DNA from: Sedimentisphaerales bacterium | GTDB taxonomy: Bacteria; Planctomycetota; Phycisphaerae; Sedimentisphaerales; SM23-30 | Direction: 5' to 3' (one strand) | DNA length: 64,000 bases | Assembly: GCA_963666285.1 (NCBI GenBank) | Contig: OY762711.1 | Part shown: piece after piece, positions 36,494 to 46,380 of the stretch | Layout of the letters: the number at the start of each line of letters is the position of its first letter | Position numbering within the stretch: position 1 is the stretch's first letter | Program-made: the position numbers and the translations under genes | The notes under the pieces: model-generated | Databases searched by the model: none | What the model was told of the DNA's origin: nothing | What the model saw: only the letters and a program-made list of their open reading frames with translations

Positions 36494-36645
36494 AAATGAA
36501 AAACGAATAGTGGAAAGTGAAAAATTAAGGTGTTCGACTATCGTCTCACGCTTTGTTTAAAACACAAGTATTGCAGGAAGATCCTTTTAGGCTAATTACC
36601 AAAGGCACTTTGCTTTTGCAACCTAAAAACTATGAAAGTTAACTC
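36494..36645 (+). repeat. Composite intergenic repeat, copy between iorA and iorB
   Basis: Same two modules as 26020-26170. Confidence 0.8.
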
Positions 36646-36664
36646 AAAATAAGGTTTATATATA

Positions 36665-37249
36665 ATGTCAGAAACAAATACAGAAAGTGTTGTACTGGTC
36701 GGAGTAGGCGGCCAGGGAATATTACTAGCCAGCGAAGTAGTAGCATCAGCGGCAATGCATGCCGGTTTTGACGTAAAAACAAACGAAGTTCACGGCATGG
36801 CACAACGCGGCGGGTCAGTAATAGCACAAATCCGATACGGTAAGGAAGTACATTCACCACTGGTATCACTTGGCAGTGCAAAGGTACTGGTGTCACTAGA
36901 AAAAATCGAAGCTCTACGATACAGCAACTACCTGGCAGAAGACGGGCTTGCAGTTGTCAGCAACCAGGTTATTACTCCGGTAACAGTATCCATGGGCGCA
37001 GCGAAATATCCTGACCAGGTCGAAGAAAAACTGGCCAAGACATTTGATCGTCTTATCCTTATGGACGCGGCAAAAATAGCCCAGGATGCCGGAAATATCA
37101 AGGCTGCAAATATCGCACTGTTAGGCGCGATGTCAACCAACCTTGACCTGCCGCAGGAAGCATGGCATGAAGCTATTAAGGGGTGCGTAAAACCTCAGTT
37201 TGTAGAATTGAACCTTCAAGCATTTGAAGCAGGAAAAGCTTTGAGCTGA
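36665..37249 (+). CDS. iorB: Indolepyruvate:ferredoxin oxidoreductase beta subunit
   Basis: GVGGQGILLAS, EVHGMAQRGGSV, NLQAFEAG. Confidence 0.96.
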   Translation: MSETNTESVVLVGVGGQGILLASEVVASAAMHAGFDVKTNEVHGMAQRGGSVIAQIRYGKEVHSPLVSLGSAKVLVSLEKIEALRYSNYLAEDGLAVVSNQVITPVTVSMGAAKYPDQVEEKLAKTFDRLILMDAAKIAQDAGNIKAANIALLGAMSTNLDLPQEAWHEAIKGCVKPQFVELNLQAFEAGKALS

Positions 37250-37292
37250 TAGTATTTATCTATAAAAATAATATAATATGTGAAATAATTCC

Positions 37293-37323
37293 AGACATGG
37301 TTTGAAGCCATGTCTTTTTTTTT
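37293..37323 (+). terminator. Intrinsic terminator after iorB
   Basis: agacatggtt-tga-agccatgtct plus a T run. Confidence 0.85.
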
Positions 37324-37444
37324 GCAGACATAACGTCCTATAATAAAAGCGATCCGTATAACATAAACGCTGGCAATATAAACTATAATTGCTTATTATA
37401 AAGACATTTAAATAGTTTCACATCAAATCAAACCTTAGTATTAC

Positions 37445-37520
37445 TTGACAAAGGCAGTTTTACTTATTAGTATATTTCGTATTAGAAACATTTCTATTGT
37501 AATGTTTCTTATTGTAATAA
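37445..37520 (+). promoter_or_regulatory. Promoter and candidate MarR operator of the abl operon
   Basis: TTGACA (37445-37450), 17 bp, TAGTAT (37468-37473); inverted repeat AGAAACATT-N8-AATGTTTCT (37484-37509) just downstream. Confidence 0.6.
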
Positions 37521-37543
37521 TATTAAGAGGAAATAAATAATAT

Positions 37544-38098
37544 ATGGAAGCAGAGAATTTATCATTTGGAGGCAAAATCGATTCTCCCGATGATTTTTTT
37601 GAGAACTATGGTATTAGAATTTTGAGTTCAATACGCCGGATAATTCGTGCGGTAGACATTCATTCACGCAAACTGAATAATGACTTCAATATTACCGCCC
37701 CCCAAATGATCTGCCTGTACTCACTGGTAAAGGAAGGTCAAATAACTCAATCCGAACTGGCCCAAAAGGTTAGTATGGGAATGAGTACGATAAACGGCGT
37801 AATCGACAGACTGGAAAAAAAAGAGCTCGTAATAAGAGAACGAGACACCAAGGACCGCAGGAAGGTTTTTGTCAGAGTAACTGATACCGGCAGAGAGTTA
37901 ACAAAATCTGCCCCATCATTACTACAGGATAAACTTTCATTTGCTTTAAAGCAACTGCCGGAATTGGAGCAAGCAGCGATAGCTTTGTCTCTTGAGAGAG
38001 TAGTTCAGTTAATGGAAGCCGAACACCTGGAAGCATCACCAAACCTGGTACCAAACAATTCCATAAACGACAGTAAGGAAAATAATGGAAGCAGCTAA
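37544..38098 (+). CDS. MarR-family regulator (CosR/EctR-like)
   Basis: [15 protein letters not shown]...[29 protein letters not shown]. Confidence 0.9.
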   Translation: MEAENLSFGGKIDSPDDFFENYGIRILSSIRRIIRAVDIHSRKLNNDFNITAPQMICLYSLVKEGQITQSELAQKVSMGMSTINGVIDRLEKKELVIRERDTKDRRKVFVRVTDTGRELTKSAPSLLQDKLSFALKQLPELEQAAIALSLERVVQLMEAEHLEASPNLVPNNSINDSKENNGSS

Positions 38099-39413
38099 AC
38101 CCAAAAGAACATTTAACAAGAAACAAAAGCACATATTTGAAACAATAGATTCAGGTCATCCAAGCGATCACTGGTTTGACTGGAAATGGCAAATGGCACA
38201 CTGCATCCACAGCCTTGAAGTATTTGAGGATCTGTTGGGAGTAGAGCTGTCAGAGGAAATGCAAACTGCGTTTAAAAAGACAGTTGAAAAATTTCCAATG
38301 TCAATAACCCCCTATTATTTATCATTAATAAATATAGACGACCTGGAAAACGATCCGATATTTAAGCAATCATTTCCTTCTCCACTGGAACTTTCGATAA
38401 CAAAAAGCGATATGGCCGACCCTCTGCACGAAGACGAAGACAGCCCGGTATCCGGTGTAACCCATCGCTATCCAGACAGAGTACTACTACTAGTCAGTAA
38501 TATGTGTTCTATGTATTGTCGACATTGCACACGCAAACGGCAGGTAGGAGAAATAGATTCAATACCGGACAGGCAGCAAATAAGTAAGGGAATAGAATAT
38601 ATCAGGAACACACCGCAAATACGCGATGTCTTATTGAGCGGAGGCGATCCATTTCTTCTCTCAGACAACATGATCGATTGGATATTATCAGAACTGCGAA
38701 GTATTGAACATGTAGAGGTGGTCCGAATCGGTACCCGCACTCCAGTAGTTATGCCATATAGAATAACAGATAATCTGGTATCAATTCTCAAAAAATATCA
38801 TCCTCTCTGGATTAATACACACTTTAACCATCCACGAGAACTGACCAAATCATCGAGAAATGCCCTGGCAAGACTAGCCGATGCCGGAATCCCACTTGGC
38901 AACCAGTCTGTATTACTTGCAGGAGTGAATGACTGTCCAAGAATTATGAGATCACTAGTACACAAATTAGTCCAGAATCGAGTCAGACCGTACTATCTAT
39001 ACCAATGCGATCTATCAGAAGGTCTATCACATTTCCGCACTCCAGTTGGAAAGGGAATCGAGATACTGGAGAGCCTTATCGGTCATACCAGCGGATTCTG
39101 TGTGCCAACATATGTCATTGATGCCCCGGGCGGCGGCGGTAAGATCCCGGTTATGCCAAACTATCTTATCTCATGGTCAACCAATAAAGTAGTTTTGCGA
39201 AATTATGAAGGTATCATAACTACATATAAGGAACCAGACTCATATGAACCAATATTTTGCGACCGCAATTGCAGCAATTGTGATCTGCAGCTGGCCCTTG
39301 GAGATGCAGACGAACGTAAAGCTCTTGGTGTTGAAAAGCTATTGAGTGATTATGACAAAACAATTTCTCTGGTTCCAGAGTCAAACGAACGTCACGATAG
39401 AAGAGAAGATTAA
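38085..39413 (+). CDS. ablA: Lysine 2,3-aminomutase (radical SAM, PLP)
   Basis: [50 protein letters not shown]; clustered with ablB. Confidence 0.95.
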   Translation: MEAAKPKRTFNKKQKHIFETIDSGHPSDHWFDWKWQMAHCIHSLEVFEDLLGVELSEEMQTAFKKTVEKFPMSITPYYLSLINIDDLENDPIFKQSFPSPLELSITKSDMADPLHEDEDSPVSGVTHRYPDRVLLLVSNMCSMYCRHCTRKRQVGEIDSIPDRQQISKGIEYIRNTPQIRDVLLSGGDPFLLSDNMIDWILSELRSIEHVEVVRIGTRTPVVMPYRITDNLVSILKKYHPLWINTHFNHPRELTKSSRNALARLADAGIPLGNQSVLLAGVNDCPRIMRSLVHKLVQNRVRPYYLYQCDLSEGLSHFRTPVGKGIEILESLIGHTSGFCVPTYVIDAPGGGGKIPVMPNYLISWSTNKVVLRNYEGIITTYKEPDSYEPIFCDRNCSNCDLQLALGDADERKALGVEKLLSDYDKTISLVPESNERHDRRED

Positions 39414-39431
39414 ACCAGACACATTATTTAT

Positions 39432-40334
39432 ATGGATTTCATTGTCGGAAATATACACATAACGTACTACCTGGCTATTGTTGCAGTAATAGCATTGATA
39501 GGCGCTTTTCTTCTCGGCCGCCATTTGGATATAATCGAGAAGAAACGTAAAAAGCGTCTGAGCAACACAGACGACGAAGAGCTGTTAGCCTATCTCATCA
39601 ATGATAATGTTGATGCCGGTAAACTAAAGCAAAAAAGTCTGAACAACCTGGAAAAGCGTTTTTCCATTACCCGCCGTACATTATATCTCTCTCTGATTTT
39701 GGTGACGATCCTGGTGGCAATGGTGCCAGTAGTAGGAAAATATTCACCAACCCTGGTATCAGTATTGATTGCCGGTGTATCTGTTGTAATAGGTATTGCC
39801 GCGAAGCCGTTTATCGAAAATCTGATCTGCGGCCTGGTACTCAGTTACGGCAAACTGGCCCGAATAGGAGATGTTATCCTGGTCGACAGTGAATACGGCA
39901 CAATCGAAGATGTTACCCTGACACATTGCATAGTGCGCAGATGGGACTGGCTGCGTTATGTTATCCCAAATTCCATCATGATGACCAAGGAATTTGTAAA
40001 TTACTCCCTGATAGATAACAACAGGTGGGTTTATGTAGAATTCTGGGTTGACGCAGACTCAGATATGGTCCAGGTCGAAAATATAGCAACCCAGACACCT
40101 AAATCCAGTGAATATTATTCAGACAGTGAAGAGCCAAGATTCTGGATTGTTGAACTAACACCGGCTTCAGCAAAGTGTATGGTCGTAGCCTGGGCAACAA
40201 CAGCACCGGACGGCTGGATGCTGAGTATAGACATAAGAAAAAAACTCATGGAAGAGTTCAGAAAGCACAATATCAGAACACACAAGAATATTGTCAAAGT
40301 GGAAAACGGAAATCATTGCAAAGGTGAATTTTGA
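39432..40334 (+). CDS. MscS-family mechanosensitive channel
   Basis: Three TM segments, then [37 protein letters not shown]. Confidence 0.85.
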   Translation: MDFIVGNIHITYYLAIVAVIALIGAFLLGRHLDIIEKKRKKRLSNTDDEELLAYLINDNVDAGKLKQKSLNNLEKRFSITRRTLYLSLILVTILVAMVPVVGKYSPTLVSVLIAGVSVVIGIAAKPFIENLICGLVLSYGKLARIGDVILVDSEYGTIEDVTLTHCIVRRWDWLRYVIPNSIMMTKEFVNYSLIDNNRWVYVEFWVDADSDMVQVENIATQTPKSSEYYSDSEEPRFWIVELTPASAKCMVVAWATTAPDGWMLSIDIRKKLMEEFRKHNIRTHKNIVKVENGNHCKGEF

Positions 40335-41761
40335 CTTATATAGACTACATTATTTTCGGCCTTTACCTGTGCGGGGTCCTGACAGTCGGTGTATATCATT
40401 TTCTGAAGAATAAAAGCACAGAAGATTATTATGTCGGCAGCCGTAACATCAAGGCCTCACATGTCGGTTTATCGATCGTAGCAACTGATGTTGGCGGCGG
40501 TTTCTCAATCGGTTTGGGCGGAGTAGGCTTTATGATGGGCCTGGCGGGCAGCTGGCTTCTTTTCACCGGTCTAATCGGAGCCTGGCTGACGGCAGTATTT
40601 ATTATTCCGCGTATAAAAGCTATAGATGCCGACCGGAAGTTTTTTACATATCCAGATTTTTTACGATTCCGCTATAACGAAAACGTTGCACTGGTAGCTG
40701 CATTAATCTCCGGTATAGGATACCTGGGTTTTACCGGCGGGCAAATGTTGGCAGGAGCAAAGCTGGCCTCAGCGACAATACTGCAAACGAACCCATTCGA
40801 TATGGACCCGATCCATTTTTCATTGCTGGTTATTGCAGTTGTCACCATTCTATACACGGTTATCGGCGGGCTGAAAGCTGTGATTTACACAGACACTATC
40901 CAATGGATATTACTATTGTCAGGTTTAATTTTTGTTACAATACCAGTAACATTATACAAAATCGGCGGACTAACAGCCTTGCAAGAAAACCTGCCGGCCG
41001 AGTACTTTTCGCTAACAAATATTAAGCCGGTAATATTTCTCAACTGGATGGTGACAATCATACCAATCTGGCTGATAGGCATGACATTATACCAGAGGAT
41101 GTACGCATGCAAAGATGAGCGACAGGCCAAGAAAGCCTGGTATATTGCCGGTCTTTTTGAGTACCCGGTTATGGCGTTTACAGGTGTATTTCTAGGTATG
41201 TGCGCGAGAGTGGTATTTCCAGAAGCAGAGCCAGAAATGGCACTGCCAATGCTGATTCGTGACATCCTGCCGATAGGTGTAACGGGAATAGTAATCGCCT
41301 CTTACTTTTCGGCAATTATGTCAACAGCCGATAGCTGCCTAATGGCTTCATCGGGTAATTTCGTCAATGACATAATCGAAAGATATTTTATTAAAAACGT
41401 ATCGGCTAAAAAATCCATACATCTTTCCATGGCGGCAACATTAATAATCGGCGTACTGGCAGTATTCCTGGCGGCACAATTTGAAACCGTACTGGATGCA
41501 ATATTACTCGCATATTCCTTTATGATATCCGGACTGTTCATTCCAACCCTGGGCGCATATTTCTGGAAAAGGGCCAGCTCTGCCGGAGCCCTGGCAGGCA
41601 TGTTCAATGGCGGAACAACGACGATTCTATTAGCTACAAAAGTCATAACACTGAATGAAGAACTGGCAAAATACGAACTGGACGACTGTATATATGGAAT
41701 AACCATATCAGCAGTCTCCTTTGTTGTATTTTCTTTACTCTGTCCCGATAAAGAGAAATAA
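40331..41761 (+). CDS. Sodium:solute symporter (SSS family)
   Basis: [36 protein letters not shown]; many TM helices. Confidence 0.93.
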   Translation: MTYIDYIIFGLYLCGVLTVGVYHFLKNKSTEDYYVGSRNIKASHVGLSIVATDVGGGFSIGLGGVGFMMGLAGSWLLFTGLIGAWLTAVFIIPRIKAIDADRKFFTYPDFLRFRYNENVALVAALISGIGYLGFTGGQMLAGAKLASATILQTNPFDMDPIHFSLLVIAVVTILYTVIGGLKAVIYTDTIQWILLLSGLIFVTIPVTLYKIGGLTALQENLPAEYFSLTNIKPVIFLNWMVTIIPIWLIGMTLYQRMYACKDERQAKKAWYIAGLFEYPVMAFTGVFLGMCARVVFPEAEPEMALPMLIRDILPIGVTGIVIASYFSAIMSTADSCLMASSGNFVNDIIERYFIKNVSAKKSIHLSMAATLIIGVLAVFLAAQFETVLDAILLAYSFMISGLFIPTLGAYFWKRASSAGALAGMFNGGTTTILLATKVITLNEELAKYELDDCIYGITISAVSFVVFSLLCPDKEK

Positions 41762-41858
41762 ATTTTACTTACACATAATTATTTTGAAGTCAAAATAAAC
41801 GAACATCCAAAACATCAAACGTGTAAAAGCAGATTTGTATAGATTGGAGAAAATACCT

Positions 41859-42704
41859 GTGACACGAAAACAAGATAAAATTGAGATAATGAATAACTCA
41901 ATAATTCAACATGGCTCTTTAAGCGACAGGATATACCTGATGAAGCTAAAAGAGGAAGATCCGGTTGACTTAATAAATAAACTTCGAAAGCTGGCAGAAG
42001 AAAATCATTATTCCAAAATATTTGCCAAAATCCCGCAAAGCTTCGCTGACAATTTTTATAATGTAGGCTATGAAAAAGAGGCGGTTATCCCGAACTTTTA
42101 TAACGGTACTGAAGATGCAGTATTTTTAGGTCTCTATTTCAGCAGTAAGCGTAAATTAGAACAACAGCCGGACGTAATCGAGAAAAACCTGGCATTGGCA
42201 AAAGGGAAAGCCGGTAAAGGCGAATGGCCGGATCTCTTGGAAGGTGTAACAATCCGGCAGTGCGTTCCTGAAGATGCAGAGAGAATGGCGTATGTTTATA
42301 AAGAAGTCTTTCCTTCATATCCATTCCCTATCAGCGACCCTATATACCTGATAAAAACAATGGCGGAAAATATTGTATATTATGCAATTGAAATTGCCGG
42401 AGAGCTTATCTCGCTGGCATCATCTGAAATGGATATAGAATCAGAAAATGTCGAGTTTACCGATTTCGCTACATTGCCCCAACATCGCGGCAACGGTTTT
42501 GCTTTACATCTACTGGATACGATGGAAGATGCCATGAAAGCTCGCGGCATAAAAACAGGCTATACTATTGCAAGAGCAATGTCTGCGGGTATGAATATTA
42601 CTTTTGCCAAAGCCGGATATCAGTATAGCGGCAGACTAATAAATAATACCAATATCTCCGGCCAGATAGAAAGTATGAACGTATGGCATAAAGTCAACCT
42701 CTGA
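41859..42704 (+). CDS. ablB: Beta-lysine N-epsilon-acetyltransferase (GNAT)
   Basis: DRIYLMKL, YSKIFAKIP, VFPSYPFPI, EFTDFATLPQHRGNG, YTIARAMSAGMN, NNTNISGQIESMNVW; GTG 41859 follows GGAG. Confidence 0.92.
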   Translation: MTRKQDKIEIMNNSIIQHGSLSDRIYLMKLKEEDPVDLINKLRKLAEENHYSKIFAKIPQSFADNFYNVGYEKEAVIPNFYNGTEDAVFLGLYFSSKRKLEQQPDVIEKNLALAKGKAGKGEWPDLLEGVTIRQCVPEDAERMAYVYKEVFPSYPFPISDPIYLIKTMAENIVYYAIEIAGELISLASSEMDIESENVEFTDFATLPQHRGNGFALHLLDTMEDAMKARGIKTGYTIARAMSAGMNITFAKAGYQYSGRLINNTNISGQIESMNVWHKVNL

Positions 42705-42853
42705 AAATTCATTATGAGCGACTAGTTTATCTTTTGCCTGCTGACATGCGTCACATAAAACAGTGAATATAGTCCAATATGCACGATTTTATGTTCCTTG
42801 TCAGCAACCAAAATCTTAAACTATCGCATCAGAAGCAATTTCCAGAGGTCACC
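42693..42853. mobile_element. MITE-like palindromic element overlapping the ablB stop codon
   Basis: Terminal IRs ACCTCTGAAAATT / AATTTCCAGAGGT (12/13 match); internal arms tgctgaca...acataaaa / ttttatgt...tgtcagca. Confidence 0.5.
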
Positions 42854-43059
42854 TAAAGAATTATAGACAAAAATGCTAATCTTTACCTAAAGGTCAAATA
42901 ATATTATTTTGACGTGGTTCCAACCCACGTCTTTTTTTATCTAGTTTTAGTCCTATAATATGCAAGAAACTACCATATCAGTACTTATAATCAGAAAAAT
43001 CGTTAAAAAAGTTAAATTTAATTTTGAATGGAATGAGGTTACGTTTATATTATAAATAT

Positions 43060-43320
43060 ATAGGCTAATGATTAGCAATCCCCTTTGGGCAAAGAGCCAA
43101 AGGGTGGTAAACCAGAGACCTGGGATAAGGCATCAGGGAAGATGCCGGTGTACAGATTTTTTTATATCTGCTGTACATAACTGTCATATTTTGCAGGAAA
43201 TACCATGCAGGAAAAGTGCGCCCGAATGACTTTCTGGTCGTTCTACGTTTTAATCCTGTAGTCAGAGGGTGAGAAACAGAGATTCGATACCGACGGCAGG
43301 ATCTGTCCGTCTGTAGAAAA
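43060..43320 (+). ncRNA. Multi-hairpin leader or sRNA upstream of the GH57-GT5 gene
   Basis: Consecutive hairpins at 43081-43104, 43112-43123, 43129-43146, 43149-43177, 43230-43269 and 43292-43311, downstream of a TTGAAT...TATATT/TATTAT promoter-like site. Confidence 0.45.
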
Positions 43321-43406
43321 GCGTTTTAGATGAAGTTGACACTGCCAATAGATGTCTGCTTTGTATGTATTATATTATCGTTTTGCCTAAGAAATGAGTA
43401 AAAATT

Positions 43407-46163
43407 ATGCCCCTGGTAACATTCTATTTTGAGCTGCACCAGCCGTTCCGCCTGAATCCGGATACCAGTCAGTTTCTCTGGAAGGAAAAAGACAATGCGA
43501 TTTTCAATAAAGTTGCACAGAAATGCTATATTCCAGCTACCCAGATGTTTACTGACGCTGTACGGCGCTGCCCCAGCTTCAAAATATGCTTTAGCATGTC
43601 CGGTACTTTCCTGGAGCAGGCTGAAAAATATAACCCACAGGTTATCGAAGAGCTTAAAAAACTGTATGATGCCGGTAGAGACGGTGGTAACAACCAGGTG
43701 GAATTCCTGGAGGAAACCTATTATCATTCTCTGACAGCTTTATTTGAAGATCCGGAAAAGACCGAATTCAAAGAGCAGGTAATGATGCATCGCCAGATAA
43801 TGAAGCGGCTTTTTGACTGCAAGCCCACCTCATTTCGCAATACGGAATTGATGTATAATAACGAGGTTGCCAATACCGTAGCAGATATGGGCTACAAATC
43901 AATTCTCTGCGAGCAAAGAAATGACATGCTCATGGGTGCAGAAGGCAACATTTCTCCACATGCAGTATTCAGATGCAAAGGCAGAAACGGCCGGGCAAGA
44001 AACCTGATTGTCATCCCGCGTCATCGTGATCTGTCGGATGATGTCGCATTCCGGTTCAGGGGTAATACTCTGTCGGCAGAAGACTATGCTTATTATCTAT
44101 CCAGGATCGACGGTGAAGTTGTCATGCTGGGCTATGATTACGAGCATATCGGCGAACATATCTGGGAAGACACCGGCATCTTCAAGTTCTGGAGTGCACT
44201 GCCTGAAGCCATGGAAAAATACAATAACGTTGTACCAACCAACCCGACAGAAGTAGCCGAACAGTTCAAAAATGCCGAATGCCCGATTGCGGATATCCAT
44301 CCGCTGAGCACTTCCAGCTGGGCAGATGTAGAGCGTAATACCAACGGCTGGCTGGGAAGCTCTACCCAACATATGCTGTTCAAGGAAATGCAGGACCTTG
44401 AATATGATGTAAAGAAAACAAATGTTCACCATCTTCGCAGATGGCGATACCTGACGACATCTGACCATCTTTACTACCTGCATGAAGGTGTAGGCCCAGA
44501 CCGCGGCGTACATGACTACTTCAGTCCGTATGGTTCGCTGTCTACCGCCACCTGCCTGCTAACCAGAAACATTGACAATCTGTCATATAGTGTTAAACGG
44601 TTTAATGTGGCGATAAAGAAACAGGTTACACCAGTAATCCTGATCTCTCCTGAAACGGCCCGACTGCCACAGACAGGCATGGGCGATTTCGCCAAATTTA
44701 TCTCCGGTAAATCTGGGGGTATGGGCGATGTAGTTTCAGCCATATGCAAGGGTCTGGTAGATCGAGGTATGCCGGTACACCTGATAACCCTGAACCTGCA
44801 AAAGCGGTTCATGGAAGAAGCCGGTATGTCATCCGGAGAATGGATTGAGCAGCGTCATAAACTTCCTCAGGAATTTATCCACCTGGTAACATCTTCTATT
44901 TTCGGGCATTATTACCATGCCTATGAAGGTAAACCGGTTATGACAGCCGCAGAGTTTCAGCGTCAGATAATAAATAACTACCTAAAGGATATCCGCTCTC
45001 ATTATGACGGTCGTGCGATAATACACAGCCACGACTGGATGGCAGGCGGAGTCGTAACAGCATATGCCAAGCAGAGAAGCATACCTCTGCTTCATACCGT
45101 ACACAATACCCATACAGCCAACATACCGGTGGAAGCTCTTCACGGCGTTGATATGCATGAGATATGGCAAGACCTGTATCTGAAATGGGATAACGGCAGA
45201 GATTGCATTGACGCCCAGGCAACAGCAATCAAAAACGCATCAATAATATCATACGTAGGCAAAACTTTCTTACGTGAGATAGTAAAGGATTTCTTCCTGG
45301 ACAGGCCAATTATACCATGGTCGGTCAGAGAAGAGACCAAGGCAAAGCATTTCACCAGCCAATCTGCAGTAATCATGAACGGCATTTCACCTATGGTATA
45401 CCCGGAGATGCAGCAGGAAGATGCAGATATGGACAAACCGGGCCTGGCAAAAGCCTTTGGCCCTAATGACGAGATCCTGGAAGCCAAGAAACTCAACCTG
45501 GTAAAATTCCAGCATCAAATGGGCCTGAACAAAGACCCGGATGCAATAATGCTTTTCTGGCCAAGCAGACTGGACCAGAATCAGAAAGGTATCGAACTAC
45601 TGGAAGCAATCGCCGGTGAGTTTATTAACCAGAACCCAGACGTACAGATAGCGGTCGTCGGCAACCCGGTCGGCGACGATATGTGCCATAAGGATATAAT
45701 GGGCAGAATAGCATGTGCCTCCGGCGGACGGATCGCATACCATCACTTTACAGAAAACCTGAGTACACTTGGCTATGCCGCGGCATCAGACGTGTTTGGT
45801 GCATCACTCTATGAACCGTTCGGTCAGATTGATGTTATCGGCAATCTTTACGGAGCTACAACAACCAACCGCAATACCGGCGGCTTCAGCGACAAGATTG
45901 AAAGCCTGAGTCTGGCAGCCTGGGGCGCTCCGCAGGACTACGGCAACGGAGTCCTGTTTGACAGTTACGATCCGGGTGGATTGTGGTGGGGTCTTAGCCG
46001 AACAGTCAAGAACCATCGCTATTTCAGGATGAACCCAAGTCAGTGGCAGATACAGTCCAGAAGGATAATGAGAGAAGCCCGTGAGAAATGGTCGCTAGAC
46101 AAAATGATCGCCGGCTATATCAGCCTTTATGAAAAACTAAACGGAGGAAAACCTCTGGCATAA
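43407..46163 (+). CDS. Fusion of a GH57 (alpha-amylase/glucanotransferase-type) domain and a GT5 glycogen-synthase domain
   Basis: N-terminal ELHQPFRL, ETYYHSL, FRNTEL, DYEHIGEH, TSDHLYY. C-terminal KSGGMGDV, HSHDW, SRLDQNQKG, SLYEPFG, TGGFSD. Confidence 0.88.
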   Translation: MPLVTFYFELHQPFRLNPDTSQFLWKEKDNAIFNKVAQKCYIPATQMFTDAVRRCPSFKICFSMSGTFLEQAEKYNPQVIEELKKLYDAGRDGGNNQVEFLEETYYHSLTALFEDPEKTEFKEQVMMHRQIMKRLFDCKPTSFRNTELMYNNEVANTVADMGYKSILCEQRNDMLMGAEGNISPHAVFRCKGRNGRARNLIVIPRHRDLSDDVAFRFRGNTLSAEDYAYYLSRIDGEVVMLGYDYEHIGEHIWEDTGIFKFWSALPEAMEKYNNVVPTNPTEVAEQFKNAECPIADIHPLSTSSWADVERNTNGWLGSSTQHMLFKEMQDLEYDVKKTNVHHLRRWRYLTTSDHLYYLHEGVGPDRGVHDYFSPYGSLSTATCLLTRNIDNLSYSVKRFNVAIKKQVTPVILISPETARLPQTGMGDFAKFISGKSGGMGDVVSAICKGLVDRGMPVHLITLNLQKRFMEEAGMSSGEWIEQRHKLPQEFIHLVTSSIFGHYYHAYEGKPVMTAAEFQRQIINNYLKDIRSHYDGRAIIHSHDWMAGGVVTAYAKQRSIPLLHTVHNTHTANIPVEALHGVDMHEIWQDLYLKWDNGRDCIDAQATAIKNASIISYVGKTFLREIVKDFFLDRPIIPWSVREETKAKHFTSQSAVIMNGISPMVYPEMQQEDADMDKPGLAKAFGPNDEILEAKKLNLVKFQHQMGLNKDPDAIMLFWPSRLDQNQKGIELLEAIAGEFINQNPDVQIAVVGNPVGDDMCHKDIMGRIACASGGRIAYHHFTENLSTLGYAAASDVFGASLYEPFGQIDVIGNLYGATTTNRNTGGFSDKIESLSLAAWGAPQDYGNGVLFDSYDPGGLWWGLSRTVKNHRYFRMNPSQWQIQSRRIMREAREKWSLDKMIAGYISLYEKLNGGKPLA

Positions 46164-46195
46164 TACCGGCCTAAAACTTTTTGTCCTTTAAAAAC

Positions 46196-46248
46196 AAAAA
46201 TACTGTTGAACCCTGACTTAACTAACGGAGTTCAACAGTATTTTTTTT
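46196..46248. terminator. Bidirectional terminator between convergent genes
   Basis: aaaaatactgttgaac...gttcaacagtattttt. Confidence 0.8.
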
Positions 46249-46380
46249 GATACTAATATGGTTTCCCATTCAATTTTGTGTAGATTAGAGTTATGAGACA
46301 GCTGGACAAATCATTTCCGCCCTACCCTCTAAACGGTTAGTCCGCTTACATTTGGAAGTCAGAAAAATCGTCTGGTTTGG

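Noticed and set aside
10694..36645. Dispersed repeats read as a CRISPR array
   Set aside because: Copies are kilobases apart, have no regular spacers, and no cas genes are present.
43100..43190. Cobalamin or c-di-GMP-I riboswitch fragments (CCAGAGACCTG, AGGGAA...CCGGTG, GGTAAACC)
   Set aside because: The pieces are in the wrong order for a cobalamin riboswitch and GACGCAAAGC of the c-di-GMP-I motif is absent. Kept only as an unclassified structured leader.
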